From Selaginella moellendorffii (taxonomy: Eukaryota; Plantae; Lycopodiophyta), in the NCBI RefSeq assembly GCF_000143415.4, contig NW_003314343.1, forward strand, positions 372,813 to 436,812: DNA of 64,000 nucleotides, written 5' to 3'. Of this stretch, positions 22,201 through 33,462 are shown piece after piece. Both the position numbers and the translations under genes were made by a program. Position 1 is the first letter of the stretch, and every line of letters begins with the position of its first letter. The notes under the pieces are model-generated. The model worked only from the letters and a program-made list of their open reading frames with translations. It made no database searches and was not told the origin of the DNA.

Positions 22201-25200
22201 TAGTGATCAAGGATACAGTCATGTGGTGAGGAAGCCCCAGAGGACTGTGGGACTTAGTGGTCAGGCCTATTGGCCTCAATCCAATGGCGGTGTTGGTAAA
22301 CATGGCCATGGGCAGAAAGGGACATGGTGAGGACCGGAAAAAAGATATTGGGGAAGGCTATTCCCCATGTCTGTGGGCATCCTAAAGATGCTAAGGAGTG
22401 GATCTGGGATGATCACTCTTGAACGGATAGCTCAGTCTTTGAGAGACGGGACTATGATGTAGGTGGTGTCAGACCACCGGTATGACCAAGGTGAATGGGC
22501 ATGGCCTTAGCGTAACGGGCTGATATGTCGGTGGTACTTTGGGGTGTCGGTCATAGGATCGGACACATGGAGCACTTGGACCAAATGCAATGGTTGAGTG
22601 ACATGGATGTCATTTTTGGGGTTAGCAAGTCCTTAAGTCCAAAATAGGAATTATGGAGGTTGTGAGTGAGACTCTTCCAAGTGGTTAAAGGTGTGGTTAA
22701 ATGACTAAAGTAGAATGGAAAATTTAGTCGCTTACACTAATATCATCCTCTCCTTTCAGAAAATGGAAAATAATTAAGACTTTTTGGTCGGGATTTGAAA
22801 AGTGATGTAAATTTTCAAATCCATCATTGTAATGCACCTTTATTTTATGTTGATTTACCATAGAATAACCATGAAACAAAACCTAAACCCTCCATATGCC
22901 ACATGCCATATGCTATGTGTCCAAAGGACAATGGAGTGGAACCTAAATTTCAAGGCTTAGGCCACTAAATAAAGAAATAGAGCAAACATGACACCAAGAA
23001 GCAAATGTACTAGAGCATGGAACAACTCTTAAGCGTATAGCCTAAGAACTGAAGGGATAAAAATATGGAGTGACTTGGAATAATCCTAGAGCATATTTTA
23101 ATGCCATGATCAGCATACAAAATAGAGTTATACAAATTTTAGTGCTATTTTAATATACTAGTGGCTTAATGTGAGGATATAAGTACTCTATTAGCTAGCA
23201 TGGTGTGAAACTTAGGTTTAGACCCAAGCCGAACATAGAATAAGGATAAGCATGCAAACAGGAGCTAGACTATGCATTAAGTTGGTTGATTATACCTGGC
23301 TTACCCACTATACCTACTATACATTTGGAACATATGCCCCTATCCCTCCTAAAGAACACATGGTTTAGGTTTTCACCCTTAGTACTAGGAGTTAGTCTTT
23401 AGGATTAATTTACTAAATATAGAATGGTGTTAGATTGCAAATTTAGACATGGGACCAACACTATTATGTTCAAAACAATCTCTACATTCTATATATATAT
23501 GCAAAATTAGCAAATCTAGACACTTTCCATAAATAGCAATTGGGACCAAACAGTACTAACACAAAGTGCATGATAATGAGGGTATTTGGCAAACACGATA
23601 AGTTATCATCTAATGAATATTGAAGGACTAATCTCAATATCACAAGGGTTCTTGTTAAACCAATACAGGACAAAGCAAAAAAGAATTAATAAGCCAGGCT
23701 AAATAAACACTTAGGAATTCCTTCCTTATGCTTGTTTAGCCAAATACAAATACTAACCCCAATTTACTAACATTTGAACAAGAGGGATTGATAAAGGGTT
23801 TAGCAATATTAACCTCCTAATGTCGTAACACTAAGGAAAGAATAGTTAAAAGGACTAGTCGATAAATAACTTTCGATACCCATAGTCACATTCATGACAA
23901 TTGCAAAAACCTTTAGATTCATGGTTTAATATTTTGAGCTTCATGAACCTCATCTATTTTGTGGACACCAAACATTAAATACATAATGAATATAGTATCA
24001 AATATAATATATATATATATATATAACATATAAGCTAGATCCTATTCATTCCTGTTCTCCACATCTCTGTAAGCCACAAATTTTTCCTTTCCAATTTGCC
24101 AGCTTACCTCGACTATCCGTCCAACATTGCCTTGGCTTTTGCTAAGTTCCCTGGCCAAGGTTCTCGCCTATGGTACCAGCTCCTACTTGGTCTCAGCTAC
24201 TCACTGCACAAGCAACGGAGTGTTAGCCATCCATCCACGGATTCCCAAATCACTCCCAATCCCCCTCCCCGGGTTAGACTGGACTTAAGGTTCGGCTATA
24301 CTCCCCGCAAGCACAAACAGCCAAGCACACCAAGCTTCCAGGTTCCTAACATCCTTTGGTACCACAAGACTTGATCATGGGACCCTTTAAATCCCAAGTC
24401 TTGAGTGCAACACTTGCTTCGGGATGCCGAGGCGAAACACCGTGGCCTAGCGGCCCGGTATGGGTACCTCTCGCCCCCCACTTCCATCCCGAAGGAAGGC
24501 CCAAGCCCCTAGGAAGGGCGAGGACCAATGAGCCGCATGGTACTCAAGTGGGGCACCACTCCACATGAGCCGGGAGCACCGCAATCGGTTTCCCTTTCGG
24601 GAGTGGGAGCTGCTCTTGAGCACTTCCTTGGATGGCCCCTCCGGCACCAGCCAAGTCCATGCTCACTCCCACCCAAGGCCCCTCGGTCCCAGTCTCAACC
24701 TCAAGTCGGTTTGGAAGCCCAATTGGAGAGTCCCTTCAAAACTGGTTTCTGGACCTCACTATCCCTACTATACTTTTGGAACCCCCTGCAGCCCCCCCCC
24801 CCCTGGGAGACGCACGCTTTGGGCTTTCACCCCTTGACCCGTATTAGTATTTGGACTTAGTCTCTGGCTCGATCTCGGACCCGATTTCGGATCCGACTTC
24901 GGATTCGGTTTCGGACTCGATCCCGGACTCGATCTCGGACCCGATCTCGGACCCGACCTCGGACTCGACCTCGGACTCGGTCTCAGACCCGATTTCGGAT
25001 CTCAGACTCCGTCTCGAACTCGGTCTCGAACTCGGACTCGAACTCGGTCCCCGAGTCGGTCTTGGACTCGATTCCGGACCCAATCTCGAACTCGGTCCTA
25101 GAGTCGGTCTTGGACTCGATCTTCGACTTGGTCCCATCCGATGAACTCTTTGTCATTTTGGTCATGCTTTTGGGGTTCCTTTAGCCTACGACACCTCGGC

Positions 25201-25289
25201 GAGTTGGTTCCTTACAACTCCACCACCCATAGAAGAAGTTCGATGCCCACATCGAACGTCTCTTTTTATCCTACGACTTGTTGACCATG

Positions 25290-25524
25290 TCTCCGGGGGC
25301 ATCCCCCCACTTAGCGGTGTGCCTAAGTTAGCCTCCCCGGCCAAGAGCCCATGACAACGGAATATAGGTGTCCCTATACTCCTCACCTCACCACGCCCTA
25401 GTATAGGGTCGGGACTTGAACCCAGCCTTGCTTTACTAGGGGGTTGGGACTTGAACCCAACCTCCGTAGAATACGTCTACGGATTCGACATCCCCGCAGG
25501 GAGTCGGGCGTAGCTCCCTACGCC
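25290..25524 (-). ncRNA. Conserved multi-hairpin RNA element in the 3' UTR of element C, with two T-loop/B-box hairpins and a GACA-tetraloop module
   Basis: Compensatory base changes against the homologous family-A segment (46930-47330). Confidence 0.65.
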
Positions 25525-25619
25525 TGGTCAACCTAGCTAACCCATGCTAATTAGCTTACCTTCGGCGCGCCTTCGGGTCCCAACATATGCCACTTGCTCA
25601 ACTTTGCAAATATATATTT

Positions 25620-28600
25620 TTATTTGAACTTTGCATAAGTACATAGAGTTCTGCCTTGCAGAAATTCCTCCACTAGATCTCGCGCGTTCGCTAGGTTCTC
25701 CTCCGGTTCCCATGTTGCTTCGCAGTGTGGAAATCCTTTCCACTTCACATGGAACTCTCGAACCTCGCGTCCTTGTCGCTTGCTCTTGCGCGCATTGAGG
25801 ATGGCCTCGACTTCGTATTCCTCTTCCCCTTGGATAACCTCAGGTAAAGGTCTTACTTGGTCCTTGCGAAGCGGATCCTCAAAGTACGGCTTGAGTAAGT
25901 TCACATGGAACACTGGGTGCATCTTCCCCATCTCTCGAGGAAGTTGGAGACGGTAAGCCACTTTACCGATTCGAGCCTCAATCTCGTAAAGCCCCGCGAA
26001 CCTGCTTAAGGAACTCAAGATCAATTCATTTACAGGAATACATGCATTTTTACCTTTGGGTCAACTTCCGGCTGATCCCACTTGGTAGCCTGAGGTTCTT
26101 GGTGTTCAGCCACACCTTCTCCTCAGCTTGGAACTCCACATCCCGACGCTTTTGGTTCGCGTACTTAGTTTGCCTTTGTTGAGCCCGTTCCAAGGAATCC
26201 CTCACTAGATTCCAAATGTTGAGTCTTTCCGCCGTGAATGCCTCCACTGCGGGTAACTCTCCATGATACTCGGCCACGCCGAGTTCCACAGGACCTTCAA
26301 CAGCTCGCCCATTGATGACTTCCCATGGACTCACCCCAATGCTCAAATGTGGTGAGTTGTTATAACACATTTCCGCAAGTCCCAAATGACTTACCCAGTC
26401 GGTCTGGTCTCCCGAGACATAGCATCGCAAATAATCCTCCAGCTGCCTATTCACCCTTTCCGTTTGTCCGTCTGTCAAGAAGTGTTAGTGCCATCAATCT
26501 TGACTCAATACCCATTACCTGTCTGTGGGTGATAGGCCGTGCTGAATTTCAACTTGGTGCGATACTGTTCTAGGAGTGTCCTCCAGAACCTACTGGTGAA
26601 GATCTTATCTCGATCTGAGATAATCTCTTCCGGCCTTCCCCGCACTCGAACCACTTGTTCGAAGAACAACTTCGCCACACCTTCCGCATCCACATCCGTT
26701 GTGGTGGGTATGAAATGGGCCATCTTTGAAAATCGGTCCACCACCACGAATATCGCATCGAACCCCTCGCTTGGGGGTAGTCCCGTGATGAAGTCCATCG
26801 TGAGACATTTCCACGGACGATCTGGAATGGGGATGCTTTGCAACAAGCCCCCACTAGCCTTCGTCACGGCTTTGACCTGTTGACATGTTGGACATGTCTT
26901 TACATAGTCTTGGACGTCCTTAGCCATATCTGGCCAGTGATACTTCCTTTTGAGTAAGCCCATCGTCTTGGGCACTCCGCCGTGTCCCGCGAGAGGTCCG
27001 TCATGACACTCTTCCAAGGCTACCTTCCTTAGTTCCCCTTCTGGAACATACACCCTCATTTGCTTGTAATATATGAGTCCGTTGCGTTCCGCATAGCCCG
27101 TTTTCTCTTCCGTTAGCAGCTCACCTCTCTGGTGAGCTTCCCGCGCCTCCAGATTCCTCAGCAACACTTCTTGTGCTAGAACATCACTCTCGTATGCGGT
27201 CCGCACATCGTCCCAAAAGGTTGATGTCGCGCTAGATATCGCCAACTTCAAGCTCGCTTTTCGACTTAGCGCATCTGCCACGATATTGCTCTTCCCAGGC
27301 TTGTACAGGATCTCGCAATCAAACTCGGCCAAAGCATTGGCCCACCGACCTTGTTTTCCCCTTAGGTCGGGCTGTGACAAGAAGTGTTTCGTTGCCACAT
27401 TGTCCGTGTAAACCTTGAAGTGTCTCCCAAGGTAGTGCCGCCACTCCTTGAGCGCCTTGACCACCGCAAACAATTCCTTCTCGTGGGCAGGCCACTTCCG
27501 TTGAGCCTTGTCCAGCTTCTTCGAGAAGAACGCTACTGAATGGTTATCTTGCTTCAAAACTGCGCCCAACGCAAAGTCCAAAGCATCCGTGTCTACCTCA
27601 AAGTCCTTACCAAAATCTGGTAATGCCAACACCGGAGCCTTCCTCAACTTCCCTTTGAGGTGGACGAATGCCGCCTCGCATTCTGCTGTCCATACCATCT
27701 TCCCTTTTCCTGTTTGGTCCGTTAAGGGTAGGGCTACTCTCGAATAGTGTCTGATAAACTTTCGATAGTAGTTGCATAGCCCCAAGAACGCCCTCAACTC
27801 ATGTACATTCGAAGGCCGCTCCCATTCCTGGATCGCTTGGACCTTCTCCGGGTCCACCTTGAGCCCATCCTGGCCCACCACATGCCCGAGAAACTTTACC
27901 TCTTGTTGAGCAAAGTCACATTTGCTCTCTTTAGCATACAGTTTGTGTTCCCTTAGTTTCTCAAACACCTTCGCCAAGTGTTCGGCATGCTCCTCTAGCG
28001 TCTCGCTATAGATCAGGATATCGTCGATATAGACGACCACGAAGTGATCCAGATAGGGTACAAAGATGTGGTTCATCAACGCCGAAAACGTTGCCGGCGC
28101 ATTGCACAGCCCAAAGGGCATCACCAGAAACTCAAAGCTCCCATACCTCGTTCGACAGATTGTCTTCTCGACATCTTCCTCAGCTACCCTGATCTGGTAG
28201 TATCCTGACCTTAGGTCAATCCTCGAGAAGTATTTTGCCTTTCCCAACCTATCGAACAGGTCCTCAATCCTTGGCAAAGGGTACTTGTTCTTCTTGGTAT
28301 ATTTGTTGAGCAACCGGTAGTCTATGCACATGCGCATAGATCCATCTTTCTTTTTCACAAATAGCACCGGCGCCCCATACGGCGACTTGCTCAACCTAAC
28401 ATACCCTTTGTCCACCAACTCCTCTAGTTGGCTCTTGAGCTCCTTGAGTTCTTTTTCGTTCAATCGATAAGGTGGACGAACCACCGCCTCAGCACCCTCG
28501 ACCAGCTCAATCTTATGTTCTATCGGTCGTGCGGGGGGCAACCCCGCCGGTAGCTCCTCCGGCATGGTATCCTGGAATTGGTCCAGCACCTACTGGATCA

Positions 28601-30392
28601 CTAAAGGTACTTCTTCCGTTCTTGTCTTTTTGTCACTCTTCACCGAGAGTAAGCACAAAAAGGCTGCCTTAGTTCCTTTAGTGAGTTGTCCTCTCGTGGA
28701 CACCAGGTTTAAGCATGACTCTTTGGCCTTGCTTTGCCCTACCTTTAGATCCTGGGCCTCCACCCTAGATCTTCTTCCTTGGGCATTCGCCAATACCACA
28801 AGGTTCCTACCTTGTCCATGTAGGGCTACCACGAACCGATTAAACCAATCCATTCCGAAGATCACGTCAAATCCCGCCATGTCCAAGACGGTGAAATCCA
28901 TGTCCACTTTCCATGTCCCCACTTCGACTCTCGCTTGTCGAAGTACCTCATCGGTGCTTTGGCTACCCTGAACAAACTCTATAGTCCTTGGTTCGCCTAG
29001 CCGCTGCACCGTTAGTCCGGCTTGCCGGACTATGTCTGCAGCCACAAAATTATCCGAAGCACCCGTGTCAATAAGGATCTTAACAAAGTTACCTCCGAGC
29101 TTCCCTCGGAGGGCTAGTAGATGTCGCGAACGACTCTCTACCAAAGTTGCTCGTGTAATGAGTAACTTTGAGTTAGGGACTGGATCACATACCTCAGTTT
29201 GGACTTCACCCGACTTGATGGCCATATTGGCTCTGGCCTTCTTCGGGTAGGGACATTCCCTCGAGAAGTGTCCCGCTTCGCCGCAGTTGTAGCATACGTT
29301 GTTGCCCACGCTGCTATACGACTTGACCTTCTTATCCGTGGGTTTGTCTCTTTTCGCTTGACTTCCCCACGTACTCGCTCGCTGGCCACCGGATTTGCCT
29401 TTCCGGAACCCCGAGGACTCATTCTTAGAGAAACTCTTCTTGAATTTCCCCTTGCTATATGCTCCCCTCGGTTTGGCCCCTTTGTGAAACGTGGATCCCG
29501 ACCCCGTCGTGTTCCCCTTTCGCAGGTTATCATTGAAATGCACCTTGATGGCCGCATCCAACGCTTCCTTGTAGTTGGTCGGGTTCCAGCGCATCACCTC
29601 ACTGCGAGCCCAGGTTTGCAAACCTGATATAAAGGCATGGAACGCATCCATATCCCCCATGTCCGTGACAAGTATCCTCTTTGCCATGAACCCATTCACA
29701 TATTCTTGGATGGTTCCAGTCTGCTTCAGCCTACTCAGCTCATCTCTCAGATGCAGAGTGGCATTCGAAGGAACGTATGTCGCATGGATCCTCGCCTTCA
29801 TCATGTCCCAGGTGGCCACCGGTCCTTCGTTGGCCTCCGTTGTTCTCCACCAAGACTTGGCATTATTTGCCAAGTATGGTTTTGCATATGGGACCTTCTC
29901 CGAGCTCGGTAACCGCAACGCTCGGAAGTAGTCCTCCATATCGTAAAACCAATCCTCCACAACCTTATAGTCGTTCACTCCCTTGAACACCGGTGGGGGC
30001 TTTGGTTTGTACTTGGGAATTGCCTAAGGGACTGATTCCACTTCGGTCTGTTCGACCTTGTCTGGTTTTGCCTCAGTCCCTGCCGAAGGGTCCGCACCTT
30101 CTGCGCTGCCAGCATCCGCAGTCTTTCGCTTTTCCTTCCGCTTCTCGTCACGCTTTAACTTGCGTACGAGAGTCTCTAGCAGGGCATTGGTCTGTGCCAA
30201 CTGTCCTTCTAGCACGTCCAATCGAGCCTTGGACGACCGAACCTCGCCACCGGACTCCTGTTTGGAAGTTTCCTCACTGGAGTCCTCCTCATGCAAGGAT
30301 TCCTCATCCATAGCCTCTTGTTCAACCGGAGGCTCCAGCTCCGGCGGAGGTTCCGTCTCCGCCTGGGTTCGCTTACGCCCTGCCCTTGCCAT
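25620..30392 (-). pseudogene. gag-pol: Element C single-frame gag-pol with two point stops (30024, 28590) and two introns in integrase (26518-26472, 26053-26002)
   Basis: [54 protein letters not shown]35-E restored by splicing, chromodomain YEVEAIL...KWKGF...WEPEENL. Confidence 0.92.
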
Positions 30393-32534
30393 CTCCCAGC
30401 AATCCGCCTCTATCCTTCGCTAGAACTGAGATAAAGGCTCCGATACCAAATTGTAAGCCACAAATTTTTCCTTTCCAATTTGCCAGCTTACCTCAACTAT
30501 CCGTCCAACACTACCTTGGCTTTTGCTAAGTTCCCTGGCCAAGGTTCTCGCCTATGGTACCAGCTCCTACTTGGTCTCAGCTACTCACTGCACAAGCAAC
30601 GGAGTGTTAGCCATCCATCCACGGATTCCCAAATCACTCCCAATCCCCCTCCCCGGGTTAGACTGGACTTAAGGTTCGGCTACACTCCCCGCAAGCACAA
30701 ACAGCCAAGCACACCAAGCTTCCAGGTTTCTAACATCCTTTGGTACCACAAGACTTGATCATGGGACCCTCTAAATCCCAAGTCTTGAGTGCAACACTTG
30801 CTTCGGGACGCCGAGGCGAAACACCGTGGCCTAGCGGCCCGGTATGGGTACCTCTCGCCCCCCACTTCCATCCCGAAGGAAGGCCCAAGCCCCTAGGAAG
30901 GGCGAGGACCAATGAGCCGCATGGTACTCAAGTGGGGCACCACTCCACATGAGCCGGGAGCACCGCAATCGGTTTCCCTTTCGGGAGTGGGAGCTGCTCT
31001 TGAGCACTTCCTTGGATGGCCCCTCCGGCACCAGCCAAGTCCATGCTCACTCCCACCCAAGGCCCCTCGGTCCCAGTCTCAACCTCAAGTCGGTTTGGAA
31101 GCCCAACTGGAGAGTCCCTTCAAAACTGGTTCCTAGACCTCACTATCCCTACTATACTTTTGGAACCCCCTGCAGCCCCCCCCCCCCCCCCCTGGGAGAC
31201 GCACGCTTTGGGCTTTCACCCCTTGACCCGTATTAGTATTTGGACTTAGTCTCTGGCTCGATCTCGGACCCGATTTCGGATCCGACTTCGGATTCGGTTT
31301 CGGACTCAATCCCGGACTCGATCTCGGACCCGATCTCGGACCCGACCTCGGACTCGACCTCGGACTTGGTCTCGGACCCGATTTCGGATCTCGGACTCCG
31401 TCTCGAACTCGGTCTCGAACTCGGACTCGAACTCGGTCCCTGAGTCGGTCTTGGACTCGATTCCGGACCCAATCTCGAACTCGGTCTTAGAGTCGGTCTT
31501 GGACTCGATCTTCGACTTGGTCCCATCCGATGAACTCTTTGTCATTTTGGTCATGCTTTCGGGGTTCCTTTAGCCTACGACACCTCGGCGAGTTGGTTCC
31601 TTACAATCTCCCACATAGAATATAGATTATAAACATTCAAATGTTTATAAATAATATGAAATGAATTCTAGCAATTGATTATACTCAAATTTAGTCTTCA
31701 TCATAGAAAGATAAAATTAAACATCCTTAACTTATAACATCTTTGATCAAATATTATTTGTACATTGTTATACTATCAAGAATCCTAATTTTAATAAAAG
31801 TTTAAAAGATATACTAAGAAAAGTTTAGGGTTATTTCTACAAGTTATTTCTACAAGATTAAAGTTTCTAGAAATGTTTTTTAAATCTCTAAAATTAGTTT
31901 CACTCTTATAAATTTGTAAAGTAGCCTAATAATAATAAGTAATGAGATGAATATGTAGAAGGACAGTGTTATTTTAAAATGTCTTTAGAGAGGATTATAT
32001 GTCTGCCATCGTCAATTTCTTATTTGAGATTTTTGCTTTCTTCTTTCAATCCTTCAAGCTAGAAGTAGAAAAAAAGCAAGCTCCCCTTCTTCTTATAGAT
32101 GGCATTGTTCTAGAATTCCTTCTTGGCCACTAAGCTAAGAATAAGAGGGAGAGGATGATTCACCACATTTTTTTAGAAGTAGGAGCTAAACCAAGTTTCC
32201 CTTCAGCTTCCAGGACATTGAACTCGTCGGTAAGCTCCTTGCCAGGCACTGGCCTGCCTGCGCTTGGAAGAGGTCCATGGATCTACACTAGAATTATTGT
32301 GTGGAGTTAGCATCTTGGCCTGTTGCGAATCTTGCAAGGTAATGGAAGAATCAATCTATTGTTTTTTATGAAAACCGAGGCTCTTGTGCAAGGGCTTTAT
32401 CTCACTCTCAGGATCGATCTCGGATTGAAGCTCTGGAGCGATCCACCATGATGCAAAGTGGGATGATACGCTGTTGGGAGCCCCGGCAGCGTATGGCGGT
32501 GAGTTTACATTTCTTAGGTTGCATGCATGCATGA

Positions 32535-32815
32535 GTGATTGAGAGCTCCCGGCAGGGTCATGAAGAAGAGGGAGATGACAGCGTCCCCGATCTGGAACAA
32601 GACCCGGATGCTCACATGGAGGAGCTCGACCACGAGGCTGTCCAGTTTGTGGATACCTCGGGTTTTGCTGCACCTGCTGCTGCGAAGAGAACCCGGGGAA
32701 AGAACTGGAACCATGCTGAGACCATGGTCCTGATTGATCTCGTTCGGGAAAAACATCTCGCGAAGATTGCGGGGGAGGGAGGAGCAGCCAGCATGTTCTC
32801 ATGACGAAGACACAG
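32535..32815 (+). pseudogene. Fragment of a Myb/SANT-like (trihelix or Harbinger-ORF1 type) DNA-binding protein
   Basis: KRTRGKNWNHAETMVLIDLVREK resembles the first helix; the frame breaks and joins the HNH duplicate. Confidence 0.5.
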
Positions 32816-32819
32816 CGCT

Positions 32820-33400
32820 GTGGCCTCTGGATGAACTGATGGACACCATTTCCAAGCGTCTCGGACACACTCTTACGCCCGGGACGTATCACGTTTCCAT
32901 ACACCGCCATCTCCACCAGGTCCAGCTCTCGCGGTGCCAACACAAACAAGATATCCTGTGTGTATAGTTTCACTGCGAAAGCTCGAGAGAAGGAAGAACA
33001 CCAACCTGTAAACTTGAGATCGCAAGAGTTAAGAGTACTGCTGGAGTAGATGTTCGTCAGCGTCTTTGTTGCCCTTCAAGCGATTGACACGGGACTGCAA
33101 ACTCTGGCAGTTGCTCACATCGGTCTCTCCTCCTGTATCCAAAAATTCACGCACACCTTTGCAAAGATCGAGAAGATCGAGAAGGAACCTTTGAAGAAGG
33201 GAGCGAATGTGATCAAACTCGTAGTACATACAGCCCTCGCATCCAATGAACCTGTGGCACACCACATTTCCAGCTCCATCCTTGCGCCATCGCGCCGGGA
33301 ACCACCTCCGCCTTCACTGGCGACGCATCTTCTCGTCAAGAAGCCGTAGCTTCCGCGCGGCATTGTCCAGCAGAGGCGACGAGGACGAGGATACCTCCAT
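32820..33400 (-). pseudogene. Disrupted duplicate of the HNH-domain gene
   Basis: Near-collinear with 779-1404 but has deletions, a collapsed intron 1 and a 7-nt duplication creating a stop near 33030. Confidence 0.9.
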
Positions 33401-33462
33401 CAAAATAAACACTCTCAAGAACCCTAAAATCACCGTCTCTTTCATTTAGGTAGAGAATCTAG

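Larger units (their letters stand above)
10836..22736 (+). mobile_element. Family-A non-autonomous LTR element (LARD-like), copy A1: truncated 5' LTR 10836-11663, 3' LTR 21182-22736; interrupted by element B
   Basis: LTR ends ...TTTAGTCGCTTACA, degenerate Met PBS TGGTATTGGAAC, PPT before 21182; internal region collinear with 44445-48584; no retroelement ORFs. Confidence 0.9.
24068..31605 (-). mobile_element. Element C: Ty3/gypsy chromovirus (Galadriel-like by gag resemblance); 5' LTR 30452-31605, 3' LTR 24068-25216
   Basis: Perfect TSD ATCTC; PBS TGGTATCGGAGC (30448-30437, tRNA-iMet type); PPT ATGGGTGGTGGAGT; LTRs differ by roughly 17 transitions plus poly-C length (by eye). Confidence 0.96.

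Noticed and set aside
22737-24067. AT-rich spacer (continuing at 31611-32200) as a possible element
   Set aside because: No termini, ORFs or repeats that I can support.
25575-25660. Third intron at the end of element C pol
   Set aside because: AT-rich, but there is no convincing donor/acceptor pair and the chromodomain is already complete.
28590-30026. Programmed readthrough of the TAG codons in element C
   Set aside because: Copy D has CAG at the position of the 30024 stop, and stops in B and C fit C-to-T decay. The 28590 stop cannot be compared within the window.
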